Made by a program: the position numbers and the translations under genes. From contig NZ_CAMFHB010000003.1 of NCBI RefSeq assembly GCF_945952055.1, forward strand, positions 164,323 to 228,322: a DNA stretch of 64,000 bases. Direction: 5' to 3'. The notes beneath the pieces were generated by a model. It was not told the origin of the DNA and ran no database searches. It saw nothing but the letters and a program-made list of their open reading frames with translations. The DNA comes from an uncultured Alsobacter sp. (lineage in GTDB: Bacteria > Pseudomonadota > Alphaproteobacteria > Rhizobiales > Beijerinckiaceae). This document shows positions 11,261 through 21,379 of this stretch, piece after piece; the stretch's first letter is position 1, and every line of letters starts with the position of its first letter.

Positions 11261-11896
11261 TCACTCCGTCCGCGGCTTGAACGGCGGCAGCGACCAGTCG
11301 CGCAGGATGGCCAGCGCGCGCAGGCCAAAGCCCGTCGCGAAGCCGATCAGGCCCGACAGGGACGGTCCGAGCCCGGCGAGGAGCGCCAGCGCGAATGCGG
11401 TGGCGCCGGCCGCCGCGGCCGTGACGTAGATCTCCCGGTGCAGCACCATCGGCGGCTCGTCGGCCAGGATGTCGCGGATGATGCCCCCGAAGCTGGCGGT
11501 CAGCGTGCCGAGCACGATGGCGGTCACCGGATGGGCGTTGAACCAGAACGCCTTCTGCGTGCCGGTGACGGCAAAGATCGCCAGTCCGAGTGCGTCGGCC
11601 CACAGCAGCAGCCGGCGCGGCCGCAGTGCCGCCATGAGCCCCACGACACGCATGCCGGCCGCATAGGTGAGGAGACCGACGGTCGTGCAGACGATGACGT
11701 CGGTGGGATCAACGATCCAGAAGACCGGCTGGCCCAGGAGCACGTCGCGGATGCTGCCGCCGCCAATGCCGGTCACGGTGGCCAGAAGGGCGAAGCCGAA
11801 CGGATCCATGCCCTTGCGGGCCGCCACCAGCGCTCCCGTGAGTGCGAAGACGCCGACCCCGAACGAGCCGATCAGATTCGCCCAAGTCCCCCCCAT
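11261..11896 (-). CDS. Trimeric intracellular cation channel family (UPF0126/YadS-like) membrane protein
   Basis: 211 aa, multi-TM, with duplicated glycine-rich motifs (GIGGGSIRDVL and SFGGIIRDIL) typical of UPF0126 repeats. Confidence 0.8.
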   Translation of the reverse strand: MGGTWANLIGSFGVGVFALTGALVAARKGMDPFGFALLATVTGIGGGSIRDVLLGQPVFWIVDPTDVIVCTTVGLLTYAAGMRVVGLMAALRPRRLLLWADALGLAIFAVTGTQKAFWFNAHPVTAIVLGTLTASFGGIIRDILADEPPMVLHREIYVTAAAAGATAFALALLAGLGPSLSGLIGFATGFGLRALAILRDWSLPPFKPRTE

Positions 11897-12096
11897 GCGT
11901 CGCCTCCCGCCGATTCGACGGCCGAGTGTGCCGGCTTTGCGGGTCCGTGTCGCGGGCCGGCGGGCGCATCTGGCCCGGATCGGGACGGGCCTTAACGGAG
12001 CGTTAGGGTTAACCGTTCATTGATGGGACGAAGCCACACGCAAGACGGGAGCGACCGATGATCGCCGCAACGCCCCATAGCACTCCCAGGCACCCC

Positions 12097-12981
12097 ATGC
12101 TCCGCCGCATCGCGCTCCTGTGCGCGGTGGCCCTCATCGGGCTGTCGGCGGGCGGTTGCCTGCGCAAGGGGGGCGAGGACGTCACCGGTTCGATCAACAA
12201 GGCCTCGCTCGGAAACAACCCCGACGCGTGGCGGGCGGCCGCCGATGAATGGGGCCGCCGCTATGACGAAAAGCCTGGCGAAAAGACGGTCTCTCTCAAC
12301 TACGCGCGGGCCCTGCGCATGCTCGACCAGCGCCAGCAGGCCGTGGCCGTGCTGGAGGCCGCGGCCATCAAGTCGCCGAAGGACACGGAGATCCTCGCCG
12401 CCTACGGTAAGGCGCTCGTGGAGGTCGGGAACTTCAAGCAGGCCCAGGAAGTGCTGTCGCGCGCCCACACGCCGGAGCGTCCGGACTGGCGCATCCTGTC
12501 CGCACAGGGGGCCGTCGCCGACCAGCTCGGCGACCATGCCGGCGCCCAGCAGCTCTACAACGCGGCCCTGAAGATCCAGCCGAACGACCCGGGCGTGATG
12601 TCCAATCTCGGCCTGTCCTACGCGCTGGCCCGCCAGCTTCCCCAGGCCGAGGCCACGCTGCGCCGCGCCAACGAGCAGCCCGGCGCGGACAGCCGCGTGC
12701 GGCAGAACCTCGCGCTGGTCCTGGGCCTGCAGGGCAAGTTCGGGGAGGCCGAATCCATCGCGCGGCGAGACCTGCCGCCGGTCGAGGCCGCCCAGTCGAT
12801 CGCCGCCGTGCGCCAGATGGTGGGGCAGTCGGACACGTGGTCGAAGATCCGCGCCGCCGACGCCCGTGCGACGTCGACCCGCGACAAGACCCCGGCCCGT
12901 GCCACCGCGTCCCGCAACACGGGGCGTCCCGTGGCCCAGGCGGCCCAGCCGGTCGAGACGGAAGAGCCCGCGGGCAACTGA
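12097..12981 (+). CDS. TPR-repeat lipoprotein (TadD-like) at the edge of the Tad locus
   Basis: Lipobox LSAGGC after MLRRIALLCAVALIG. Several TPR-like repeats (AYGKALVEVGNFKQAQEVL, LYNAALKIQPNDPGVMSNLG). Convergent with tadC. Confidence 0.72.
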   Translation: MLRRIALLCAVALIGLSAGGCLRKGGEDVTGSINKASLGNNPDAWRAAADEWGRRYDEKPGEKTVSLNYARALRMLDQRQQAVAVLEAAAIKSPKDTEILAAYGKALVEVGNFKQAQEVLSRAHTPERPDWRILSAQGAVADQLGDHAGAQQLYNAALKIQPNDPGVMSNLGLSYALARQLPQAEATLRRANEQPGADSRVRQNLALVLGLQGKFGEAESIARRDLPPVEAAQSIAAVRQMVGQSDTWSKIRAADARATSTRDKTPARATASRNTGRPVAQAAQPVETEEPAGN

Positions 12982-13017
12982 GCACCCGCCCGTCGAGGCG
13001 CCGTCAGGCGCCTCCGG

Positions 13018-13248
13018 TCAGCCGCGCAGCGGGCGAAGTTCCGTGATCGGAGCCGCCCGCCCCAGCGTGCGCGCGGCGATGATCGGCACCAGGCCGAACG
13101 CCACGGCGCCGACGACGCTGCCGAGCAGAATTCCGAGATCCCCCCCGACGACCGACGCCATGGTCTTTTCGATGGCCACGATCAGGATGGGCGTGCCGAC
13201 GAGCGTGGCGGCCAGGCCCTGCCATTCGGCGGATGTGAGAGACGACAT
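13018..13248 (-). CDS. Small (76 aa) two-TM membrane protein downstream of tadC
   Basis: Strong SD (GGAGGAAAT directly before the ATG). Two hydrophobic segments. Same strand as the tad genes. No family recognised. Confidence 0.55.
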   Translation of the reverse strand: MSSLTSAEWQGLAATLVGTPILIVAIEKTMASVVGGDLGILLGSVVGAVAFGLVPIIAARTLGRAAPITELRPLRG

Positions 13249-13398
13249 GATTTCCTCCGCGATGTGAGCGCGCCGCGCCGTTGATCGGCGGTGGCGGCAG
13301 CGGGGGAAACTGCAAGGATCAAGGTGCCGCGCGTCATTCGCGAGGACAAGCGGTCGTGGTGTCCGGAAGAATGCGGATGCGGGCCCGGCGTAGCCGGG

Positions 13399-14382
13399 TC
13401 AGTTCCACTCGAAGACCTGGATGACCGCCGGCACGATGATGACGATCAGCAGCACCGGCAGGAAGAACAGGATCATCGGCACCGTGAGCTTCGGCGGCAG
13501 GGCCGCGGCCTTCTTCTCGGCCGCGTTCATGCGTTCGTCACGGCCCTCCTGGGCCAGCACGCGCAGGGCGTGGCCGAGCGGCGTACCGTAGCGTTCTGCC
13601 TGCATGAGGGCCGTGGTGACGCTCTTCACCGTCTCAAGTCCCGTGCGCAAGGCGAAGTTCTCGTAGGCCTGGCGGCGTTCCTGCAGGAAGCTCAGTTCGG
13701 CCGTCACGAGGGACAGTTCCTCGGCGAGCGGGATCGACTGGGTGCCGATCTCCTGGGCCACGCGGCGGAAGGCCTGCTCGATCGACATGCCGGATTCGAC
13801 GCAGATCAGCAGCAGGTCGAGCGCGTCGGGAAAGGCGAGCCGCATGGACTGCTGGCGCTTGCCGATCTGGTTGCGCAGGAAGATTTCGGGCGCCTTGATG
13901 CCGATGAAGGCGCCGGCCAGGGCCACGCCGCCGCGGACCACGGTCGGCAGGGTCGTCTCCCAGAAGAAGAAGGCCCAGATCGCCGCCGCCGTGAAGGTGA
14001 TGATCGGCATGATGAGCCGGAAGAACAGGAAGCCGATCTCGGCCTGCGGGCCGCGATAGCCCGCCATCATCAGCTGCGACCGCGCGTCGTCCGTGCCCAG
14101 CCATTTGCCGAGCTGAAACTGATCGACGATCTGCTTCATGTAGGCCTTGGGCTGCTGGCGCAGCGAGGGCCTGGTTTCCTGTCCCTGGCGGTTGAGGCGC
14201 TCGCGCTCGCGGGCCCTGATCTGGTCGCGTTCGAGCGCGACGGCGCGCATGCGCTTGTTCAGCTGGTCGCCCGAGAGCAGGGGCGCCGCGACGGCCAGCA
14301 CGGTGACGGCGGCCGCCACGGCGGCCAGCATCATCGCCATGAACTGCGGATCGGTGAGCTTGAGAGCGATCGTGGTGAACAC
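13399..14382 (-). CDS. tadC: Tad pilus inner-membrane platform protein TadC (T2SS F family)
   Basis: 327 aa polytopic protein with the T2SSF-type domain (ALDLLLICVESGMSIEQA). Follows tadB and cpaF. Confidence 0.88.
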   Translation of the reverse strand: MFTTIALKLTDPQFMAMMLAAVAAAVTVLAVAAPLLSGDQLNKRMRAVALERDQIRARERERLNRQGQETRPSLRQQPKAYMKQIVDQFQLGKWLGTDDARSQLMMAGYRGPQAEIGFLFFRLIMPIITFTAAAIWAFFFWETTLPTVVRGGVALAGAFIGIKAPEIFLRNQIGKRQQSMRLAFPDALDLLLICVESGMSIEQAFRRVAQEIGTQSIPLAEELSLVTAELSFLQERRQAYENFALRTGLETVKSVTTALMQAERYGTPLGHALRVLAQEGRDERMNAAEKKAAALPPKLTVPMILFFLPVLLIVIIVPAVIQVFEWN

Positions 14383-14392
14383 CGGGCGGCCC

Positions 14393-15376
14393 TCAGATGT
14401 CGAAGTTGATCATCTTGCGCATCACCAGCGTGCCCAGGATCATCATGCCCGCCGCGATGCCGAGCCAGATCTTGCCGTGGAGGGTTGTCCACAGGAGCTC
14501 GATGTATTTCGGGCTGGTGCCGTAGACGAGCACGCCCACGACGATCGGCAGGGAGCCGATGATCGCGGCGGAGGCCTTGGCCTCCATGCTCATCGCCGAG
14601 ATCTTGCCCTTCATGCGCTTGCGGTCGCGGATCACCTTGGACAGGTTGCCGAGCACCTCGGAGAGGTTGCCGCCCGACTTCTGCTGGATGTTGATCACGA
14701 TGGCGAAGAAGTTCGCCTCGGGCACCGGCACGCGCTCGTAGAGCTTCATGATGGCCTCGCCGATCGGGACACCGATCGTCGTGGCCTCCATCACCGTCCT
14801 GAACTCGCTGCGCAGCGGCTCGACCGCTTCCGACGCGATCATGCGCAGGCAGTCGTTCAGGGGAAGGCCGCTGCGGATGCCGCGGACGATGACGTCCATG
14901 GCGTTCGGCAGTTCGTTGAGAAACTTGGCGATGCGCTTCTTGCGCAGGTAGCTGAGCATGAAGCGCGGCAGGCCCAGCGTGCCGACGAAGAGCCCGAGGC
15001 CGCCCACCATGGGATTGCCCGTGCCCACGAAGGCCAGGACGCCGGTGACCAGGCCCATGACGGCGCTGATCACGAAGAACTTGCGCTTGTCCCAGTCGAG
15101 ACCGGCCTGGCTGATCCGCTTTTCCAGCGTCAGCTTGCTGATCTCGCGCTGCCGCGTCTCGAGTTCCTTGAGGCTCGTGGCGATCTTGTCGCGCCGGTTG
15201 GCCTGGCTGGTCGCGGCCTGGCGGGCGGCCGAGTTGCGCGGGTTCGACCCGATGAGGGCCTTCTGGCGCTGTTCGCCGCGCGCTCCGCTCGACAGCAGGG
15301 GATAGGCGAGGGCATAGGCCACTCCGCCCACGGCGAGGGCCGCCAAGGCGCCGATGGCGAGCTGGCTCATCTCCAT
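14393..15376 (-). CDS. tadB: Tad pilus inner-membrane platform protein TadB (T2SS F family)
   Basis: 327 aa polytopic protein with a T2SSF domain (LPNAMDVIVRGIRSGLPL). Lies between cpaF and tadC. Confidence 0.88.
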   Translation of the reverse strand: MEMSQLAIGALAALAVGGVAYALAYPLLSSGARGEQRQKALIGSNPRNSAARQAATSQANRRDKIATSLKELETRQREISKLTLEKRISQAGLDWDKRKFFVISAVMGLVTGVLAFVGTGNPMVGGLGLFVGTLGLPRFMLSYLRKKRIAKFLNELPNAMDVIVRGIRSGLPLNDCLRMIASEAVEPLRSEFRTVMEATTIGVPIGEAIMKLYERVPVPEANFFAIVINIQQKSGGNLSEVLGNLSKVIRDRKRMKGKISAMSMEAKASAAIIGSLPIVVGVLVYGTSPKYIELLWTTLHGKIWLGIAAGMMILGTLVMRKMINFDI

Positions 15377-15412
15377 CGCGACACTCCGTGTCCGCGAACC
15401 GGTCGCGCGGGA

Positions 15413-16891
15413 TCAGCCTGTCCGGGCTTCATCGGCCACCTCCATCGCGTCCAGCGCCGCCGCCAGGCGCCGCTCCTCGTTGTAGTAGCGCGCGCGCTCC
15501 CACATCTTCGGCCGGCCGATGCCCGTGGACTGGTGCTTGCCGATCAGGCGGCCGTTCGCGTCCTCTCCCGTGATCCGGTAGACCACGAGATCCTGGGTGA
15601 TGATGGTGTCGCCTTCCATCCCGATCACCTCGGTGATGTGCGTGATGCGGCGCGAGCCGTCGCGCAGGCGGGCGGCCTGCACGATCACGTCCACCGACGA
15701 CACGATCATCTCGCGGATGGTCTTGGAGGGCAGCGAGTAGCCGCCCATGGTGATCATGGATTCGATACGGCTCAGGGCCTCGCGCGGCGAGTTGGCGTGC
15801 AGCGTGCCCATCGATCCGTCGTGACCCGTGTTCATCGCCTGCAGCAGGTCGAAGGCCTCGGGTCCGCGCACCTCGCCCACGATGATCCGCTCGGGACGCA
15901 TGCGCAGGCAGTTCTTGACGAGGTCGCGCATGGTGATCGCGCCCTGACCCTCGAGGTTGGGCGGGCGCGTTTCCAGGCGCACGGTGTGCGGCTGCTGCAG
16001 CTGCAGTTCGGCCGCGTCCTCGCAGGTGATGATGCGCTCGTCGTCCTCGATGTAGCGGGTCAGGCAGTTGAGCAGCGTCGTCTTGCCCGAGCCCGTGCCG
16101 CCGGACACGACGATGTTGCAGCGCACCCGCCCCGCGATCTTCAGGATGTCCGCGCCCTCGGGCGAGATCGAGCTGAACTTGACGAGCTGCTCGAGCGTCA
16201 GCTTGTCCTTCTTGAACTTACGAATGGTGAGCGCGGCGCCATCGATGGCCAGCGGCGGGGCAATGACGTTGACGCGGGATCCGTCGGGCAGGCGGGCGTC
16301 GCAGATCGGCGAGGCCTCGTCGACGCGGCGACCCACCTGGCTGACGATGCGCTGGCAGATGTTCATCAGCTGCGCGCTGTCGCGGAAGCGGATGTTGGTG
16401 AGCTGGATCTTGCCGCTGACTTCGATGTAGGTCCGCGACGGACCGTTGACCATGATGTCGGCGATGTCGTCGCGGGCGAGCAGCGGCTCCAGCGGCCCGT
16501 AGCCCAGGACGTCGTTGCAGATGTCGTCGAGCAGCTCTTCCTGCTCGGAGATCGACATCACGAGGTTCTTGAGCGCGATGATCTCGTTGACGATGTCGCG
16601 GATTTCCTCGCGCGCCGCCTCGCTGTCGAGCTTGGAAAGCTGCGACAGGTCGATGGCCTCGATCAGCGCACCGAAGATCGTGCTCTTGGTCTGGTAGTAG
16701 TCCTCGGACTTGGCGCGAGGCGCGGCCGGTGCCTTCGGAGCCGCCGCGGCGGCCATGGCGGCGGATGGCGACGTGATGGAGGGCAGCGGCGCCGGATCGG
16801 GGGCGCGCTGCGGCGTCGGCGCGGCCACGGGGGCCGGAGCCGGGGCGCCGGAGGCGGGCGTCGTGCCGAACTGTGAACGCTTCCCGAACAT
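15413..16891 (-). CDS. cpaF: Tad pilus secretion ATPase CpaF/TadA
   Basis: Walker [10 protein letters not shown], Asp box, Walker B and His box ([16 protein letters not shown]) of the T2SS-E/VirB11 family. Ala/Pro-rich N-terminus. Confidence 0.95.
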   Translation of the reverse strand: MFGKRSQFGTTPASGAPAPAPVAAPTPQRAPDPAPLPSITSPSAAMAAAAAPKAPAAPRAKSEDYYQTKSTIFGALIEAIDLSQLSKLDSEAAREEIRDIVNEIIALKNLVMSISEQEELLDDICNDVLGYGPLEPLLARDDIADIMVNGPSRTYIEVSGKIQLTNIRFRDSAQLMNICQRIVSQVGRRVDEASPICDARLPDGSRVNVIAPPLAIDGAALTIRKFKKDKLTLEQLVKFSSISPEGADILKIAGRVRCNIVVSGGTGSGKTTLLNCLTRYIEDDERIITCEDAAELQLQQPHTVRLETRPPNLEGQGAITMRDLVKNCLRMRPERIIVGEVRGPEAFDLLQAMNTGHDGSMGTLHANSPREALSRIESMITMGGYSLPSKTIREMIVSSVDVIVQAARLRDGSRRITHITEVIGMEGDTIITQDLVVYRITGEDANGRLIGKHQSTGIGRPKMWERARYYNEERRLAAALDAMEVADEARTG

Positions 16892-17038
16892 GGATCGTCC
16901 GCACTCTGAACCAGGTCGATTACCGGTTCGTTAGAGCAAGCCGCGTCTCGACCCGAACGCCGCCGTCTCTCGTTTCATGGGTGGGCGCATGATCCGCACG
17001 GCGCCGGCGTCCGGCGCTGCACGGCATGCCCCCGGGCA

Positions 17039-18304
17039 TCAGGCACGCTTGCGGGCGAAACGGTCGAGAAGGGGCGCGAGCAGCGAGCCGCGCGACTTCT
17101 TGAGCTCCGTCCGGCCCGCCAGCATGCGGGCGAGGTCGAGGAAGGCTTCGTTGATCTTCCCGTTGGGCTGCACCTCGGCGATCATCTGCCCGTTGTTGGC
17201 CGCCGTTCCGAACAGCGCGGGGTCGAACGGGATGACGGCGTCGGGCTGGCAGTCGATGGCCTTGGCGAAGTCCTGGACCGAGATTTCCGGGCGCTTGGGC
17301 ACCCCCGCCATGTTGATCACCAGCCGGGGCCTGCGATCGTTCGGGCGCGAGGCGCGCAGCACGTCCATCATGCTCTTGGCGTTGCGCAGGTTGGCCAGGT
17401 CCGGCGCGGCGACGAGCACGATGTCGTCGGCTCCGATCAGCATGCGCCGCGACCAGGCCGTCCAGACGTGGGGGACGTCGAGCACGATGCACGGCGTCGA
17501 GGCCCGCAGGATGTCGATGACGGCGTCGAAGCTCGTCTCCTGGAAATCGTAGAGCCGGTCCAGCGTCGCGGGTGCCGCGAGCAGGCTCAGCGTCTCCGAG
17601 CACTTCGAAAGGAGCCGGTCGAGGAAGTTGCTGTCCAGGCGGTCCGGCGAGAACACGGCCTCGGCGATGCCCTGCGGCGGGTCCTGGTTGAAGTCGAGGC
17701 CGGCCGTCCCGAAGCCGAGGTCCATGTCGGCGATGACGGTGGAGATGTTGAGCGTGCGGGCGATGCCCCAGGCGACGTTGTGGGCGACGGTGGAGGCCCC
17801 CACGCCGCCCTTCAGCCCGGTCACCGCGACCGTCCGGCCGACGGGCTCGGCGCCCGGCGCGTTGTAGAGCTCGGAGATCGCGCCGATGAAGCGCAGCGTG
17901 TCCATGGGCGTGATGAGATAGTCGCTCACGCCGCGGCGGATCAGCTCGCGGTAGAGCCCGATGTCGTTCATGTGGCCGATGATGACCACCTTGGTACCGG
18001 AGTCGCACGACTCGGCGAGCTGCTCGAGCGCGCCCACGAGCTGCGGACCGTCGCCGGCCGCGAACTCGAGCACGATCACGTTGGGCGTGGGCGCGGACTT
18101 GTAGAGCTCGACGGCGGCGCTCGCCCCGCCCATCTGCACCTTCAGGTGCGCCTTGTTCATCCGCCGGTCCGCGGAAGCCGCCTCGATCACGGAAGCGACG
18201 TCAGGGGTCTCGCAGAAGGCCTGGATGGCGATCCGCGGCACCGGGCCGATATGGGGGGCTGCTCCGCTCACGCGATCACCCGGAGCGTCGGCTTCCATCG
18301 TCAT
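17039..18304 (-). CDS. cpaE: Pilus assembly protein CpaE/TadZ (ParA/MinD-like ATPase with receiver-like N-domain)
   Basis: Deviant Walker A GLKGGVGASTVAHN. The start is set at the Met at 18304, which overlaps the cpaD stop. The longer track ORF adds an Arg/Pro-rich, non-coding-like extension. Confidence 0.85.
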   Translation of the reverse strand: MTMEADAPGDRVSGAAPHIGPVPRIAIQAFCETPDVASVIEAASADRRMNKAHLKVQMGGASAAVELYKSAPTPNVIVLEFAAGDGPQLVGALEQLAESCDSGTKVVIIGHMNDIGLYRELIRRGVSDYLITPMDTLRFIGAISELYNAPGAEPVGRTVAVTGLKGGVGASTVAHNVAWGIARTLNISTVIADMDLGFGTAGLDFNQDPPQGIAEAVFSPDRLDSNFLDRLLSKCSETLSLLAAPATLDRLYDFQETSFDAVIDILRASTPCIVLDVPHVWTAWSRRMLIGADDIVLVAAPDLANLRNAKSMMDVLRASRPNDRRPRLVINMAGVPKRPEISVQDFAKAIDCQPDAVIPFDPALFGTAANNGQMIAEVQPNGKINEAFLDLARMLAGRTELKKSRGSLLAPLLDRFARKRA

Positions 18305-19068
18305 TGTCCACCACTCCCGCCGCTGCCCGAGGCCGACGACTGCACCGATGCGGAGCCCGTCTTCCACTGGGTCGACGGATCCTGGCCCTTGCGGATGTCG
18401 TCGAACACCTTCATCCGGCGCAGGACGTCCGGCCGATCGACCGCGCGCGGCCGCTGCAGGTCCAGCGGGTCCTCGATCTGGGCGGCGATCGCCGTCTGGT
18501 AGGCGCAGCCGGAGTTCGGATGCGGCTTGTTCTGCCAGTTCTCGTAGCGGATGTTCAGGCCCGCCAGATCCTGGGTGAAGTCGCCGCACTCGCCGAGCAC
18601 CTTGGCCTGCAGCTTGACGAAGCTCAGCCGGACCGGCGAGGCGATGGGCTCCTCGACCGCGACGTCGTAGGGCACGACGTGCAGCATGCGTCCGGAGATG
18701 CCGTAGGCGATCAGCGTGGCGCGGACCGCCGAAGCGCCGCGATGGTCGCCGCGGCCGCCGGTGCGGGGCACCAGCACCGTCATGGCGCCGCGGCCGTTGG
18801 CCTGGTAGTCGGCCAGGAACTGCCGCAGGTCGCGGGCCTGCCGCGGATCGAGCCCGCCGGCATTGCGGCCGACGAACAGGTCCAGCGTGGTGGTGTCGTT
18901 GGCCAGCGCGATGGGATGACGCAGGCGATAGTCGTTGGGGTACACGGTGCCTGTCACGAGGCCGTCCGACTGGCAGCCGGCGAGGCCGAGGGCCAGGGCC
19001 GCCAGGGCGAGGGCGCCGGTCGTGCGCGACAGGCGCGTCCTCGAACCAGTCGGATGTGTCGGGTGCAT
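18301..19068 (-). CDS. cpaD: Pilus assembly lipoprotein CpaD
   Basis: Lipobox LGLAGC after the Met at 19068. CpaD-like motifs (YRLRHPI, PNSGCAYQ). Gly/Ser tail. Confidence 0.75.
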   Translation of the reverse strand: MHPTHPTGSRTRLSRTTGALALAALALGLAGCQSDGLVTGTVYPNDYRLRHPIALANDTTTLDLFVGRNAGGLDPRQARDLRQFLADYQANGRGAMTVLVPRTGGRGDHRGASAVRATLIAYGISGRMLHVVPYDVAVEEPIASPVRLSFVKLQAKVLGECGDFTQDLAGLNIRYENWQNKPHPNSGCAYQTAIAAQIEDPLDLQRPRAVDRPDVLRRMKVFDDIRKGQDPSTQWKTGSASVQSSASGSGGSGGQ

Positions 19069-19088
19069 GGTCGTCCCTTCCACGGCGT

Positions 19089-20567
19089 TCAGTCGATCAC
19101 GAAGCCGGCGCGGCCCTTGTAGGACTTGGCCGGGGCGGCGCCATTGGCGCCATAGAGGCGGTTGAGCTGGCCGATGAGGAGCGACTGCGGGTCGCTGGCG
19201 TCGGCGTAGCCGTCGTCGGGCCGCGGCAGCGCCGCCTGAGGCGAAGCCTTGGCGATGTAGGGGGTCACCATGATCAGGAGTTCCGTCTCCTGGCGCTGGT
19301 AGTCGCGGGAGCGGAAGAGCGCGCCGAGGATGGGCAGGTTCATCAGGCCGGGGAGGCCGTTGATCACCTGGCCGTTCGACTGCTGCATCAGGCCGGCCGA
19401 CATCAGCGAGCCGCCCGAGGGGAGCTCGACGGTCGTCTCCATCTTGCGGGTCTTGAAGGCCGGGGCGTTCGATGCCTGGGCGCGCAGCGAGTTGTCGTAG
19501 TCGAGGTCGATGACCTCGGTGGAGACATGCAGGCTGATGCGGCCTTCCGACAGCACGATCGGGGTGAAGTTCAGCGCCACGCCGATCGGCCGGTAAGAGA
19601 TCGACACCGTGCACTGGGTCTGGCCGAGCACGGTCGTCGTGCACGACTCACCGGCGGGCACCGGGATGTCGCCACCCGCGGTGAACTTGGCGCTCTCACC
19701 CGAAATCGCGGTGAGGGTGGGTTCGGCCAGCGTGCGCATGACGCCGGCGCGCTCGGCCGCCTTGAGGGTCAGGTTGGGCGTCGTCGGCGAGCCGAGGCTG
19801 CCGGTGATCGACGTCGCGGCGATGGCCTGGCGCTGCAGCGTGAGCGGCGTGTCGGTGGCCAGCGCCCCGGCGAGGTTGCCGATCTGCCACTGGCCGGACA
19901 GGTTCACGCCGAGCTGCTTGAGCACGACGCGCTGGATCTCGGCCACGGTCACCCGCAGCATCACCTGGTCCTTGCCCTTCACCGTCAGCGAGTTGATCAC
20001 CTGGCCGGTGACCGCGGCGCCGCCGACGGCGCTCGTCGAGACGAAGCCCTTGGCGATGTCGAGGGCCTGGAGCGCGTCGCCGGCGGCGGCGACCTCGCCC
20101 GTCAGGACGATCGTGTCGCCCACCGGCACCACGTTGATCTGGCTCGAGGGAATGGCGGCCTTCAGCGTGCGGCGCAGGAGGTTCAGGTCGCGCCCGATGT
20201 TGATGTCGATGTTGGCGATCTGCCGGCCTTCGGCATCCATCACCATCACGTTGGTCTGGCCGTCGGCCTGGCCGATGATGAAGATCTTGCGGGTCGAGCG
20301 CACGATGGCGTTCGCCACCTTGGGGTTGGCGACGAAGACCTCCTTCGCGTCCCGCGGCAGGTCGACGATGATCGACTTGCCGATGCCCAGCTCCACGCGT
20401 CGGGCCTGGGCGGCGTCGGAGGCCGTGACCATGATGTTGGTCGGGATCGGCGTCTGCGCCGAGGCGCCGGCCACCGAGGCCAGGAGCAGGAGGGCGGCGA
20501 GGCGCGCGCGCTGTCCGGTGGTCCGGAGGAGCCTTGAGGCGAGGCGCTGTCCTTGAAGCATGATCAT
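19089..20567 (-). CDS. cpaC: Tad pilus outer-membrane secretin CpaC/RcpA
   Basis: Signal peptide (LLLLASVAGASAQ), a pilus N-terminal/BON-like region, and a C-terminal secretin domain (GLPGLMNLPILGALFRS). Start at the ATG at 20567. Confidence 0.9.
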   Translation of the reverse strand: MIMLQGQRLASRLLRTTGQRARLAALLLLASVAGASAQTPIPTNIMVTASDAAQARRVELGIGKSIIVDLPRDAKEVFVANPKVANAIVRSTRKIFIIGQADGQTNVMVMDAEGRQIANIDINIGRDLNLLRRTLKAAIPSSQINVVPVGDTIVLTGEVAAAGDALQALDIAKGFVSTSAVGGAAVTGQVINSLTVKGKDQVMLRVTVAEIQRVVLKQLGVNLSGQWQIGNLAGALATDTPLTLQRQAIAATSITGSLGSPTTPNLTLKAAERAGVMRTLAEPTLTAISGESAKFTAGGDIPVPAGESCTTTVLGQTQCTVSISYRPIGVALNFTPIVLSEGRISLHVSTEVIDLDYDNSLRAQASNAPAFKTRKMETTVELPSGGSLMSAGLMQQSNGQVINGLPGLMNLPILGALFRSRDYQRQETELLIMVTPYIAKASPQAALPRPDDGYADASDPQSLLIGQLNRLYGANGAAPAKSYKGRAGFVID

Positions 20568-20593
20568 GGTTCCGTTGCCGGTCCGGGTCCGTT

Positions 20594-21379
20594 TCAGCGC
20601 TGGGAGGCGGTGCCGTACCGGACGACCGTGAGGTTCGTGTCGTCGGTGCTGGTGACCGCGGTGTCGGGCTTGCCGGCGTCCTGCAGGCTGCGCAGGGACA
20701 GCGAGAGCTGGCCCAGGCGCTGCGCGAGGATGACCGTCTCCACCTGGCGGGGATCGAGTTCCAGGGTCGCCGTTTCGCCGACGACGACCTTCTCGCCGTT
20801 GCGCTCCTGGATGTTCTGGCCGATCGCCAGGACGCGGACGTTGCGCAGCAGCGTCTCGCTGACCATCACGTCGTTGCCCTGTACCTTGGTGGCCGCCTCG
20901 TCGCGGTAGATGCGAATCACGTCGACGCGGTCGTTGGGCAGGATGAAGCCGCCGGCCGTGTTGGCGCCGCGGTTGTCGATGGTGATGGCGAGGGCGCGCG
21001 AGCCGGAGGGCAGGAGCGCGGACATCACGCCACCCTGCTCGGCCTTGACCAGCTTCTCCTTGCGCACGGGCTCGCCGGCGATCAGGGGCATGCGGGCGAT
21101 CGTGCCGGTGTAGTCCTTCAGGGCGTTGCCCTGCTCGGCCTTGGTGACCATCCCGGCGGCGCCGTCCTGCGGCCAGGTCTGCCACTTGAGGTCCTTTTCG
21201 GTGACCGTCGCGCCGAGCGGGATCTCGTTCGCGGCGACCAGGACATCGGCCGTCTTGAGGGATTGCTGCTGGACGACCTGAACGGGCGCCGGCTGCTCAG
21301 GCGTGCCTGACGCCAGATAGGCGGCAATGCCACCTGCGGTGAGGGCTGCGCCGAGGACGAGAATACGGGCCGTGTTCAT
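20594..21379 (-). CDS. cpaB: Flp pilus assembly protein CpaB/RcpC
   Basis: 261 aa. N-terminal TM anchor and a SAF-like domain followed by the RcpC region. Canonical position upstream of cpaC. Confidence 0.88.
   Translation of the reverse strand: MNTARILVLGAALTAGGIAAYLASGTPEQPAPVQVVQQQSLKTADVLVAANEIPLGATVTEKDLKWQTWPQDGAAGMVTKAEQGNALKDYTGTIARMPLIAGEPVRKEKLVKAEQGGVMSALLPSGSRALAITIDNRGANTAGGFILPNDRVDVIRIYRDEAATKVQGNDVMVSETLLRNVRVLAIGQNIQERNGEKVVVGETATLELDPRQVETVILAQRLGQLSLSLRSLQDAGKPDTAVTSTDDTNLTVVRYGTASQR

Noticed and set aside
14147-16876. 909-aa plus-strand ORF across tadB/cpaF
   Set aside because: Antisense to two clearly identified Tad genes. Arg/Asp/Gly/Ala/His-rich low-information sequence with no recognisable motifs. 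A typical high-GC shadow ORF.
17001-17041. Short GC hairpins in the cpaE-cpaF spacer (GCGCCGG-CGT-CCGGCGC and ATGCCC..GGGCAT), and similar ones at 24651-24672 and 13380-13395
   Set aside because: Stems of 5-7 bp in GC-rich DNA are expected by chance at this base composition. None is followed by a U-run, so I do not call them terminators.
18305-21185. Long N-terminal extensions of the cpaE, cpaD and cpaC track ORFs
   Set aside because: Each extension overlaps the 3' end of the upstream tad gene in another frame and is Arg/Pro/His-rich. Internal Met codons give proper signal peptide or lipobox N-termini and tidy gene junctions.
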